A stretch of 64,000 nucleotides of DNA from a virus: the IMG/VR virus record IMGVR_UViG_3300035698_015907, one strand, 5' to 3'. The notes under the pieces were generated by a model, which did not search any database, was not told where the DNA came from, and was given only the letters and a program-made list of their open reading frames with translations. Below are positions 8,220 to 17,492 of the stretch, in pieces (the stretch's first letter is position 1; each line of letters opens with the position of its first letter). Both the position numbers and the translations under genes were made by a program.

Positions 8220-9623
8220 TCACATGATATTATCGATCATGATCCTGCGATAGTATGAGTTACCATCCTTGACTAGAGCACCGTTGCCCTGAACTGGAGT
8301 ATACAATCCGTTAGCATAGGTGACCTGTGAGAATGGATTAGAAACCATTCCGTACCTGGTCTTGAAACCAATCTTCGGCTGGAAGGTATTTGGATCAACT
8401 GCTCTTACCATCTGTAGAGGTACATATGGGCAATAGAAGAGTCCAGCGTCGAATGCATTCGCACCCTTATAACCAACAGTAGCATAGTTGCCAGTTGTAT
8501 ATGGATCGATGTAAACTCTAAATCTACCATTTAGAATACCGGCAAAAGTAGCACCAGTATCATCAACGTTTAGATTATTAGAATTAAGAGCTGGGGTATA
8601 ATCTAGCTGACCGGTCATCTGTAGGGCTGACGCAACGTCAGAAGAACAGATAATCATGTTACCCTTTCCGCGCCTTGTAGCCTTGGAGATCTGGTTAGCT
8701 TCAAGCTCAAAGTGCATCATTAGACCCTTGAAACGCTCAACTGACCACCTACCATTTGAGTCGGTGTCTAGATTGAACCTACCAGCAGTAGAAGTACCCG
8801 TCCGGGCTCCCTGCAAAGCAGTAACGTTTAGAGTCCTAACAACTTCTCTGTTTATCTCAGCAAGTAGCTCAGCAGATAGGATGTTAGAAAGCTCGGCCTC
8901 AGCATCAAGACCATGAATGGCCTTAAGGTCCTGAGCAAGCTCAAGTGAATACTCAGCCTTTAGTGCACGGCCCTTAGCTTCGACCGAAACCTTTTCGATG
9001 GAGAAAGCCATCTCAGGGAATACTAGAGTTGAGTTAGAACCCAAAGACTCCTGGGTCGTGGTAGCCATACCGTCGCCGAAGTTATAGATACCAGCTTCTG
9101 CAAGGTTAGCAGTACCAGTAGAGGTATTACCAGGAACCGTACCAACATGCTTATCACCTAGGGTGTTAGCATCAGCTGTTAGAGTAGAATGGGAAGTATC
9201 AACTTCATTATAGAATGACTCTGTTCCAGCCTGATTAGAATACCTTGACCTCATAGCAAAGATAAGTCCAGTTGGACCTGTCATTGGCTGCACACCACAG
9301 ATGTCGTATGCAATAAGATTAGGCATGGCCCTACGTACTAATGAGATTAGTACCGGGTCGAAAATATCTACAGCACCAGCACTTGGTGTTGAAGATGATC
9401 CGCCCATGGCGTTCGTTGGAGAGTCCTCTGAGAGGTATCCACCGGACATGGTTTCCGAAATGCTGCCGCCGTACTGTATGGCTTTGTCGTTACGAAGAGC
9501 ACGCTCAGTGTTCTCCAGGACCACTGCAGTGACAGCCCTTCTGTGATTGTCGGAGATATTCGGAAGTTCCGGGTGATTAATAACCGGCTTCCACTTCTCC
9601 TGAAGGACATCATACGAGTTCAT
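8220..9623 (-). CDS. 23: Major capsid protein gp23
   Basis: LVRRAMPNLIAYDICGVQPM.GPTG, RALKAEYS.ELAQDLKAIHGLDAE and FQPKIGFKTRYG. Confidence 0.99.
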   Translation of the reverse strand: MNSYDVLQEKWKPVINHPELPNISDNHRRAVTAVVLENTERALRNDKAIQYGGSISETMSGGYLSEDSPTNAMGGSSSTPSAGAVDIFDPVLISLVRRAMPNLIAYDICGVQPMTGPTGLIFAMRSRYSNQAGTESFYNEVDTSHSTLTADANTLGDKHVGTVPGNTSTGTANLAEAGIYNFGDGMATTTQESLGSNSTLVFPEMAFSIEKVSVEAKGRALKAEYSLELAQDLKAIHGLDAEAELSNILSAELLAEINREVVRTLNVTALQGARTGTSTAGRFNLDTDSNGRWSVERFKGLMMHFELEANQISKATRRGKGNMIICSSDVASALQMTGQLDYTPALNSNNLNVDDTGATFAGILNGRFRVYIDPYTTGNYATVGYKGANAFDAGLFYCPYVPLQMVRAVDPNTFQPKIGFKTRYGMVSNPFSQVTYANGLYTPVQGNGALVKDGNSYYRRIMIDNIM

Positions 9624-9648
9624 TAGGTCTCTCCTGTTGTTTTTGATA

Positions 9649-9656
9649 TATTTATA
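9649..9656 (-). promoter_or_regulatory. Late promoter for gene 23
   Basis: TATAAATA followed by an AGGAGA Shine-Dalgarno site. Confidence 0.88.
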
Positions 9657-9683
9657 TGTTTCTTATTTTCAGAAGTTCCAGAC

Positions 9684-10856
9684 TTACTTGCGTACTGTCC
9701 TGGAAAGCGAATTCACATAGGAAGCCATAGAGCCGGTTACTGCTGGCTTCTTAATATCTTCCTCCATTACGTCTGTTTCTTCGAATAGAACGTTACTTGA
9801 CCTTCTGCTCGAAGATGACTTTTTACCGGATTCAGTACCGAAATACTGTTCTCTTAGAATTCCAATCTTGGAAACGAATTCGTTAACATCAGAGAATTCT
9901 ACGCTCTCAGCCAATTCAGTTAGCTTCTCAGCCTCGGTGGCTGTTAGACCTTCTGACATTTCTTCTAGAGCGTTTTCGGCAGACATTGTATCGATCTGAT
10001 CCTGAAGCTCTTCATTGACTGAAATCTTTTCAGATACCATTCTCTCAAGTTCTTCAATACGATCATTCATCTCAGCTACAACATCAACTCTATCTTCCGG
10101 AACGTCAACATAATGAGTTTCGAATAGAGCCTTTAGACCCTCAATGAACTGCTCAGTGAGCTCGTTCTTGATTGTGCTATCGATTGCTACCTGATTTTCA
10201 GCTAGCCAATCGTTAGTTGTTGCATCTAACCATGCATCCATCATCTCTACAAGACCAGTAGCCATAGTGTCAAGCTCTTCTTCAAACTTGGCTTCTATTT
10301 CTTCCTGTATCTCAACGATCCTTGCATCAGCTTTCATATTGATAACTGATTCGATTAGAGTCGTAACCTTGGTCTTAAATTCTTCGGTGATTTCCTCACC
10401 ATCAAAGATGTTTGCCACATCTTCACGAATAATCTCAGCCATTGAATCATCAACTGCTTCGAGCTTTGTTACAAGCTGAACACCAGCATTAGATGGCTTT
10501 GTATTAAGAGTATTCTTATTCTTAGCTGCATCGCCAGCTGGAATATTCTTGTCTTCTTTACCAATAAGTTCCATTGTTGCAACAAACTTATTAACAGTCT
10601 CTTTATCCATACCTGCAACGGCATTGATAATCTTACCAACTGCGCTAGACTTATTAGCTGCACCAATCGGCTTTGAATTTGGACGTAGTGTATCAGAAGC
10701 GGCACTCTCGTCGAGATCGTCTTCATCATTTTCGACTTCGTCATCTAGTTCTTCCGACTCATCGATCTCGCTCTCATCCAGGATCTCTTCATCCTCGAGA
10801 ACAATATCCTCGTCGTCAACCTGATCGTTGATCTTGGATTTGTCAAGCTTCGCCAT
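9684..10856 (-). CDS. 22: Prohead core scaffold protein gp22
   Basis: Acidic coiled-coil with EQFIEGLK.LFETHYVDVPE; located between genes 21 and 23. Confidence 0.93.
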   Translation of the reverse strand: MAKLDKSKINDQVDDEDIVLEDEEILDESEIDESEELDDEVENDEDDLDESAASDTLRPNSKPIGAANKSSAVGKIINAVAGMDKETVNKFVATMELIGKEDKNIPAGDAAKNKNTLNTKPSNAGVQLVTKLEAVDDSMAEIIREDVANIFDGEEITEEFKTKVTTLIESVINMKADARIVEIQEEIEAKFEEELDTMATGLVEMMDAWLDATTNDWLAENQVAIDSTIKNELTEQFIEGLKALFETHYVDVPEDRVDVVAEMNDRIEELERMVSEKISVNEELQDQIDTMSAENALEEMSEGLTATEAEKLTELAESVEFSDVNEFVSKIGILREQYFGTESGKKSSSSRRSSNVLFEETDVMEEDIKKPAVTGSMASYVNSLSRTVRK

Positions 10857-10884
10857 TGAATAAAACTCCTGTGGGTTTTTGATA

Positions 10885-10892
10885 TATTTATA
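10885..10892 (-). promoter_or_regulatory. Late promoter for gene 22
   Basis: TATAAATATATCAAAAA, identical to the gene 23 leader start, then CAGGAG. Confidence 0.88.
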
Positions 10893-10903
10893 CGTTGTTC
10901 GTT

Positions 10904-11566
10904 TTAGAGGCTTTTTAGAAACCGATTAAATGCAGACACCATATTGGCTTCTGTTAATTTTCTAGCTTTTGCTAGTTTATTAATATCTATCTTAGCTTCC
11001 TCAGCAGCTCTCTCAGCAATAAGTGAACCATTATTCCAGAAAAAATCAACGCCTTCCATTATGCCGTTAACCCATGCTCCGGGTGCTGACGGATCAGCTA
11101 CAATATCACCTGCTGTTGCTAAATAGAAGTCTTCTTGAACTTCCATAGTACCGCTAGCATTTTCTTTTAGTGAACCTAGACCTCTTGATGAAACACCAAG
11201 CTTTACTCCTTCTTCAAGCAAGCCCTGAGCAATAATACCCATCGGTGTATTCATTACCTTAGCTCTACCGATGAAGTTATCACCGTCTTCTTTGAGTTCA
11301 ATAATCTTGTGTGATACTCTATCTAGATTAATAGATGGACCATCTGGATGACCTAATTCACCGACAGCGCGGTTTTCTTTTATATAGTCTTTATTATAAC
11401 GAGTAACTTCTCTCTGAAGTATAGACTTAGGATAAACTCTGCCATTCTTATTTTTAAGATTGGATTGCATCCAGACCCCTTCAATAACCCATGACTTCTT
11501 TCCAGACTTTTCTTCGACTAGAGTTACAACTGATTCATTTAGTTCTGTAATAAGTTTCATGTTCAT
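10904..11566 (-). CDS. 21: Prohead protease gp21
   Basis: NGRVYP, GELGHP, GVSSRGLGS and DIVADPSAP. Confidence 0.97.
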   Translation of the reverse strand: MNMKLITELNESVVTLVEEKSGKKSWVIEGVWMQSNLKNKNGRVYPKSILQREVTRYNKDYIKENRAVGELGHPDGPSINLDRVSHKIIELKEDGDNFIGRAKVMNTPMGIIAQGLLEEGVKLGVSSRGLGSLKENASGTMEVQEDFYLATAGDIVADPSAPGAWVNGIMEGVDFFWNNGSLIAERAAEEAKIDINKLAKARKLTEANMVSAFNRFLKSL

Positions 11567-11578
11567 AACCTTATCCCC

Positions 11579-11938
11579 TTACTCAGCAGTCTGCTTGAGT
11601 TTACCTTCAAGAACGATAAAACCGTTTGTTCCACCGTTAAGAGTAAGTACAAGTGTGCCAGTTGAGTCTACATCAATTGCTGCAGCATCAAAATCTTGTT
11701 CACCAGAACCAGAGAAGACTGCTACCGTATTAGCGCCTCTTTTGACTGTCCAAAAAGCTGCATTCCCGCAACCATACCAAGCTCTAGTAAGTATAAGTGT
11801 TTCAACATTAAAGCCAGCGGAACCAACATCGCTTGTTCCGTTGTTACCTACTATTGTATATGTAGCATTTGCTACATCGTGTGTTATAATAGTAGCTTCA
11901 TCGCTGAATGCATTTTCTCTTTTTCTTTGTAGCGACAT
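11579..11938 (-). CDS. Hypothetical beta-sandwich-like protein upstream of gene 21
   Basis: 119-aa ORF, translationally coupled to the upstream gene. Confidence 0.65.
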   Translation of the reverse strand: MSLQRKRENAFSDEATIITHDVANATYTIVGNNGTSDVGSAGFNVETLILTRAWYGCGNAAFWTVKRGANTVAVFSGSGEQDFDAAAIDVDSTGTLVLTLNGGTNGFIVLEGKLKQTAE

Positions 11939-13425
11939 TATCTGATCCCCGTAGGTTCAATCTTAGCTCTATTTTTCTTGAGCCTCTTCTTTTTATTTAG
12001 GGATTTTACTTCTGGGTACATATCTTCAGTCAGTCTAGCTTCTTTTTTGCCAGATGAACCAACAGACCAAAAATGTTCTCCGTCGTGATAACCGACTGCT
12101 AGAGAATTATCATTTTTCTTAATACCATAAGCACTATCATGATAATCATTCTTTCTTAGTGCAGCTTTAGCACTTGTGAAAGTTTCATGATGACCACCTT
12201 CTGGATAATGCTTTCCATCGCTAGTGTCCCATAGATGAAAGCCTTTCTTAAGAGGAAGAGGCATTTTAGTATTTTTTTCGTCTATATTCCTCTTTAGCTG
12301 AGCATCTTTTCTAGCTTTAGAAAAGACTTTAATCTTCTTTCTAGCATCATCTCTTGTACTATCATCGCCAGCTCTAAAAGTCTTGCCTTCATCAACATTA
12401 TTTACATCTTCTTTGCGAGTCTTATAAGGAGCAGCTCCAGCTTGTATTTTATCTGAAGCATTCATATAAGCATCAGAAGACTTTTCAGCAGACTTAGCAC
12501 CTCTTTTCTTGAAGATTTTATCGAATCTATCAGTATCATCTGACTTATTCATATAATCTTTCATCTTAGAAACAGAGAGTTCTGTTATATCTTTTTCTTT
12601 TGCGTGAACTTTAACATTTCGGCTGTTTGTTACTTTTTGCATAGCAGTATTGATGCCTTGAGCCCTTTTTGTAGCTTTCCTAGACTTTGCTAGACCTTTA
12701 TCTGTTTCGCCTTTTTCAAAATGTCTGTTTGCATCGGCATCCATGCGTCGTAAACCCGTAGGCTCTATAGCAGTTAGTGCGTAATCTACATATTTACGAA
12801 GTTTAGTTGGTGAAACTTCATCAACTTGCTCTACTTCTTCTCTAGCAACAACTTTATTGTCAGACATTTCTATGCCTTTAGACCTATCTTTCTTAGTCTT
12901 ACCTAGCATCATAACCTGGCGACTACTAGTCTGATCTGTGGCTTTAATTCTATATCTATTAAGAAGCTTCTTAGTTAATTCTGAAATAACTTCTTCATTC
13001 TGAGACTTAGTTTTAATCCAGTGCTTTGCAGTATCGTGAGCATCATTACGATCATCAGTATGATAATCAGCATTCTTTACGTGCTGTCCTTTATCAAAGT
13101 GCTTAACTTTGTATTCATCCCATTCGCCGTCGAAATATACTTTTGCACCTTTGCCAGTCTTTTCATTAACATGGTTTTTCAACAAACGCATTTCAGTAAT
13201 TCTTGACTTCTTCTTTTTCTTTACGGAATTAGGACCAGAAAGAGCAGCACTATTAACTGTGGCAGCTCTTATTCGCTTTTTATATTTAAGACTACTATCC
13301 ATAGGAGCAGTCTCGCCCTTCGTTATGTTACCACCCTTAGCCACATAATCTTGTACAAGATCATCATTAGTCTTAGGGGATTTTGCATTTCTAAATTTTA
13401 AAATTTTCTTTGTTACGTCTGACAT
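11938..13425 (-). CDS. Lys-rich putative internal head protein with repeated gp21-type cleavage motifs
   Basis: ISE|LTKK, VDE|VSPT, ITE|LSVS, VDE|GK and LTE|D motifs separate short basic modules; lies in the head cluster. Confidence 0.6.
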   Translation of the reverse strand: MSDVTKKILKFRNAKSPKTNDDLVQDYVAKGGNITKGETAPMDSSLKYKKRIRAATVNSAALSGPNSVKKKKKSRITEMRLLKNHVNEKTGKGAKVYFDGEWDEYKVKHFDKGQHVKNADYHTDDRNDAHDTAKHWIKTKSQNEEVISELTKKLLNRYRIKATDQTSSRQVMMLGKTKKDRSKGIEMSDNKVVAREEVEQVDEVSPTKLRKYVDYALTAIEPTGLRRMDADANRHFEKGETDKGLAKSRKATKRAQGINTAMQKVTNSRNVKVHAKEKDITELSVSKMKDYMNKSDDTDRFDKIFKKRGAKSAEKSSDAYMNASDKIQAGAAPYKTRKEDVNNVDEGKTFRAGDDSTRDDARKKIKVFSKARKDAQLKRNIDEKNTKMPLPLKKGFHLWDTSDGKHYPEGGHHETFTSAKAALRKNDYHDSAYGIKKNDNSLAVGYHDGEHFWSVGSSGKKEARLTEDMYPEVKSLNKKKRLKKNRAKIEPTGIR

Positions 13426-13429
13426 TTAA

Positions 13430-13564
13430 TTATCCCCTGAACCTATTTGGGTTCTTTTTTGCTGCCATTACCAAGGCTCGTGATTGCATAAGAGAAATTT
13501 CAGTAGTAATAGTTTTCTCTTTTTTAATATCTTCTATAAAGATTAATAATTCTTCATAGGTCAT
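13430..13564 (-). CDS. Small hypothetical protein (MTYEELL...)
   Basis: Fills the gap between two larger ORFs; the upstream part of the track ORF overlaps the neighbouring gene. Confidence 0.4.
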   Translation of the reverse strand: MTYEELLIFIEDIKKEKTITTEISLMQSRALVMAAKKNPNRFRG

Positions 13565-13583
13565 ATCTTTTATACTATCGAGT

Positions 13584-14795
13584 TTATTTTCCACTTTGTG
13601 CAGCTGTTGCTCGAGCAATTGCTGCTGGTGATTTAGCATATGCACTTATAGCACTCTGAAGAGCAGGTGTTTTCTTTGTTCCGGCAGTATTCATATTACC
13701 AACAACATCAACTTTCTTAATTGCTGCACCTCTTCTAGCCCTATCAGCTAATGTCTGTGCTGCTGAAGCTGCACCATCATCACCTCTAATAGAACTGCTA
13801 ACTCTTTTATTTATATCTATTTTAGCTAGGGCCGCTCCACGCGATCCTGCAGGCTTTCCTCTGTTTGCTGGTCCTGAAGCACCAGAAGCTGGCTTCTGTG
13901 AACTAGCTGGTCTACCTCTGTTTGCTGGTCCTGAAGCACCTTGAACGGGCTTCTGCGGTCCAGCTGAATTTGGTGTAGGTCTACCTCTGTTTGCTGGTCC
14001 TGAAGCACCTTGAACGGGCTTCTGCGGTCCAGCTGAATTTGGTGTAGGTCTACCTCTGTTTGCTGGTCCTGAAGCACCAGAAGCTGGCTTCTGTGAACTA
14101 GCTGGTCTACCTCTTCCTGACGGTCCAGAAGCACCTTGAACTGGACTTCTTTCTGCTGGTTTCGGCGCAGGCTTCAGATTCGACTTCCACTGAGCTTCAG
14201 TTTCACCCTTCTGCCTAGTATTAAAAGATTTACCATTAAAATCGAAAACATCTTTACCAGCACTTCTAGCTTTCGAGAATGCGTCACCAAATGCTGATTC
14301 ATTTAGAAATGACTTCATGTGATTTAATACTTTTTCTTTAGACATTTCTATTATTGGATCTCCATTTAAAATTGCTGATTCAACTATTTTTCCATCGTGC
14401 TTGATAGAATGAATTTTATAACCAGTTTTTCTCATTCTATCATTAACTTTTTCTATTGATGAATTTGATGTTTCAGATTTTACTAGCATAGTAAGTTTTT
14501 TCTTAGTACTTGGTGTACCATTAAAACCTTTGTCGTTCTTAGATACTACTGCACGAATCCTATGATGAATATCTTCTTTAATAACATGCCAATCAGAATG
14601 CTGCTCAATATTAGATCTAGAACCTACTTTCTTTTCGTGCTTTAATTCTATTCCTTTTGTGGTAATAACTTTCTCGTCATCAACACTTTTAATAGTACCA
14701 TTTCTTGAAAGAACTACAGCACGTCCTCTATGACGACGCGAGGTTTCTACACCATATCTAATCTTAGAACCAGGTTTTACATCTTCAGAAAACAT
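13584..14795 (-). CDS. Basic putative internal head protein with Pro/Gly tandem repeat
   Basis: IKE|D, IVE|S, IIE|M and LNE|S motifs; AF..AR..G...F.FNGK.F.T module; GASGPANRGRP repeats. Confidence 0.6.
   Translation of the reverse strand: MFSEDVKPGSKIRYGVETSRRHRGRAVVLSRNGTIKSVDDEKVITTKGIELKHEKKVGSRSNIEQHSDWHVIKEDIHHRIRAVVSKNDKGFNGTPSTKKKLTMLVKSETSNSSIEKVNDRMRKTGYKIHSIKHDGKIVESAILNGDPIIEMSKEKVLNHMKSFLNESAFGDAFSKARSAGKDVFDFNGKSFNTRQKGETEAQWKSNLKPAPKPAERSPVQGASGPSGRGRPASSQKPASGASGPANRGRPTPNSAGPQKPVQGASGPANRGRPTPNSAGPQKPVQGASGPANRGRPASSQKPASGASGPANRGKPAGSRGAALAKIDINKRVSSSIRGDDGAASAAQTLADRARRGAAIKKVDVVGNMNTAGTKKTPALQSAISAYAKSPAAIARATAAQSGK
13850..14145 (-). repeat. Coding tandem repeat of five 57/69-nt units
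   Basis: Near-identical cctctgtttgctggtcctgaagcacc cores encoding 19- and 23-aa units. Confidence 0.92.
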
Positions 14796-14797
14796 TA

Positions 14798-15070
14798 TTA
14801 TGTTACCTTCTTAGATATTCTTTTCTTAGTATTATGAGAATACTGTTTACCATAATGAACAACAGCTCCATCAGGAACCAATCTCCAATGGTTTTGGCCA
14901 GAGACACTTCTAACTAATTTCAAGTGTCTTCCGGCCGAGAATGTATGAGCGTATCTTCTTCTTTTTGCTTTAACTGTTATTTTTTCGGGCGGAACAGCAT
15001 GACGCATGCCAACAGGCTGTGTATTTTTATCAAAAAATTTAGTTTCTGTTTTTTCAAAGAAAATAAACAA
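14798..15070 (-). CDS. Small basic hypothetical protein
   Basis: TTG start preceded by AGGAAG; fills the gap in the operon. Confidence 0.5.
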   Translation of the reverse strand: MFIFFEKTETKFFDKNTQPVGMRHAVPPEKITVKAKRRRYAHTFSAGRHLKLVRSVSGQNHWRLVPDGAVVHYGKQYSHNTKKRISKKVT

Positions 15071-15081
15071 AATACACTTCC

Positions 15082-16758
15082 TTAATGTATGCCCGGATGT
15101 CTTAACTTCTTAGACTTAGCAAGCAAACTATGATACTTAGGATCATTATGAGGCTCTTCTGATTTTCCACCAGAACTTACCCACTTATTAGCAGCATCAT
15201 GGAAAGTTTTTACTGCCTTAGAACGAAGATCTTTGCTTTTCTTAGCTTGTGCTTTTACTTGTGCAGGATTTCTCTTTTCATGCGCAGTGAAGTGTACACC
15301 ATGATCAACCCACTGGGAATGATGATTGATGTGATTCTCCGCATGTTCTTTAGTCTGAAATTCCTTAGCTTTAGATTCATCTGGTGTATGAAGTATATTT
15401 CCAGCACCACCATGCTTCTTAGCTGCTACAAACTGGTGAGAAAATGTTCCTTCTCTATTGTAGTTGTGCTTAATTACATTATACTTTCCAGCTTCTGCGT
15501 GAGTTTTGGAAGATTTATTGTCAATCCTATTAAGCTTTCCATAATCAAAATCTGACTGGTGCAATAGACCAGAATGAATGTGATGGATTTCACCACTTGG
15601 GTGATGAATAATAGCAGATTCTCCATCAGGAGATTTTGAAATCTTTGAACCCTGAGGAGCAACATGCTGAGTAGCCCAGTGCTGATCTAGATGATCATGA
15701 GTTATTGGAGATGGCTTAGAAGTTGTAACAGCACGGGCTTCTTCAACATTCTTTACATCACCATTCCAATCGGCATACTTCTTTTCATCTTCACCTGGAA
15801 CTACTGGCTTCTCATTTCTCTTAATGTTAGCAGCTCGGAAGACTTCATCTCCATTGCCATTTCTGTCAGCAATCTGTTCGCCAGCATCTTTGTGCTTCTT
15901 TACAAAACTCTGTTCATCTTCAGTATTTCCATCATACTCTGACCACTTTCTAGCAGGACGAACTATAATGTCTTTAAGTTTCTTTGGCGCAAATTTGTCT
16001 GCCATGATTTCATCAATCTCCTGAGACTCAGACCAAGTATGCATACTATGCGTTGGCCTATTTTTTGTTTGTAATATTCCCTTTTCGATATGGGGATGGG
16101 TCTTTTCCATTCTTTTAGACCATTTTCCGCTTGCATCTTTAACATGCACAGCTTCCCCGCCGCCATGCAAATCTTTAACAGCTTTACTTACTATCATGTG
16201 TGCAGATGAAGTTTTCATAGCCCCATGTAATTCTCTTGAATCACCTTTTGGATTAGTATGAGTCACAGAATTATCGTGATTAATAGTCAATACATGTTTT
16301 CCAGTTGTACTATGACTACCAGCAGAACCACTTTTATCCATATGTGGTTCTATTCTTTCACTACTTTTATTCTTAGCAGCTGCAACTACGGGGTGGACAT
16401 AATCAGCTTTTGGCTTAATTTTTACTTCTGGTGCAGAATTATCGAACTTTTGAAACTTTCCGCCAGCTCCTCTTTTTACACCTGAAACAGGAGCTTTCTT
16501 TCCATCCATAGTAGGTTCAACCCTTTTATGAATAGGAACTTTCTTTGAAAATAGACCTTCATTAACATCAGTATCATCTGATTCAACAATACCTTGGTGC
16601 TTAGAAACATTCACGTTCCAAAATCTCCTGCTTAATTCGTACTTAACTTTACGCTTTGCATCTTTAGGATCGTCTGCACGCACCTTAAACTTCATGGTTT
16701 TTGTACCATGAATATCATGTGTTGCAGCTACGTGTATGTTATGTACATCTTCTTTCAT
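15082..16758 (-). CDS. His/Lys-rich putative internal head protein
   Basis: IVE|S, VNE|G, IDE|I and VEE|A motifs separate distinct basic modules. Confidence 0.6.
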   Translation of the reverse strand: MKEDVHNIHVAATHDIHGTKTMKFKVRADDPKDAKRKVKYELSRRFWNVNVSKHQGIVESDDTDVNEGLFSKKVPIHKRVEPTMDGKKAPVSGVKRGAGGKFQKFDNSAPEVKIKPKADYVHPVVAAAKNKSSERIEPHMDKSGSAGSHSTTGKHVLTINHDNSVTHTNPKGDSRELHGAMKTSSAHMIVSKAVKDLHGGGEAVHVKDASGKWSKRMEKTHPHIEKGILQTKNRPTHSMHTWSESQEIDEIMADKFAPKKLKDIIVRPARKWSEYDGNTEDEQSFVKKHKDAGEQIADRNGNGDEVFRAANIKRNEKPVVPGEDEKKYADWNGDVKNVEEARAVTTSKPSPITHDHLDQHWATQHVAPQGSKISKSPDGESAIIHHPSGEIHHIHSGLLHQSDFDYGKLNRIDNKSSKTHAEAGKYNVIKHNYNREGTFSHQFVAAKKHGGAGNILHTPDESKAKEFQTKEHAENHINHHSQWVDHGVHFTAHEKRNPAQVKAQAKKSKDLRSKAVKTFHDAANKWVSSGGKSEEPHNDPKYHSLLAKSKKLRHPGIH

Positions 16759-16760
16759 TT

Positions 16761-17492
16761 TTATCTGTTTTTATTGTGGGTAAAATACACATCAAAATGA
16801 TGTGCATCAGCCACTTTTATGTCACTATAATTTTTAAAATTTTTATATTCACCACTTCTTTTATTATCAGAACCTAGTCTGCCTCTAACTCTAACATCTA
16901 CTTTACCATTGCTTTTGCCAACAACATGTTTATTAACATGAGAAGCAATACCACGAATTAAATCTAGATGAGCTTTTCCTTCAGCATCATTATTAACTGA
17001 AGTAAAATAACTACCACTAGATCTTTTCTGAGCTTCGTCTAGCTCTTCTGAATCATCTTCATCCATAAGATCTTCGAATGTAGTAGCTATTAGATCATAA
17101 AGCTCTTCATCATCTTCAATTTCTTCGAGAATGAAAACAGCGTCTTCATCATCTAGAACTGATTCACTAATGAGATCTTCATCATCGAATTCAGTCTCTT
17201 CTTCAGTTGTTTCTAGCTCATCTTCATCAGCAGCATTATAACCAAATACTTGCTGAGACATTTCTTCTTTTCTGCTTCCGACTGCAGTAGCAATCTTATC
17301 AGCCATAATGTCTTTAATGTTATCAGCAAATCTTACACGATTGCCGCTAAACATTGCATCAAGAGCATTATACATATTATCGCTATAACCATCCGGCTCT
17401 GGCTGCTTAATTGGTTCTACTTCATAAGTAACACCATGCTGCTCATAGCTTTCATTATTTTCTTTCTTAGACATTTTTGGTCTCCTAACCAT
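16761..17492 (-). CDS. Prohead core protein (gp67-like) with C-terminal extension
   Basis: Directly downstream of the portal gene; F...I..IM..KI..A....K.E.....F helix, an acidic tract, then a basic domain after LDE|A. Confidence 0.65.
   Translation of the reverse strand: MVRRPKMSKKENNESYEQHGVTYEVEPIKQPEPDGYSDNMYNALDAMFSGNRVRFADNIKDIMADKIATAVGSRKEEMSQQVFGYNAADEDELETTEEETEFDDEDLISESVLDDEDAVFILEEIEDDEELYDLIATTFEDLMDEDDSEELDEAQKRSSGSYFTSVNNDAEGKAHLDLIRGIASHVNKHVVGKSNGKVDVRVRGRLGSDNKRSGEYKNFKNYSDIKVADAHHFDVYFTHNKNR

Noticed and set aside
13826-14134. 102-aa alternative-frame ORF over the Pro/Gly repeat
   Set aside because: It is open only because a stop-free unit is repeated; no SD site or recognisable domain, unlike the nested HNH.
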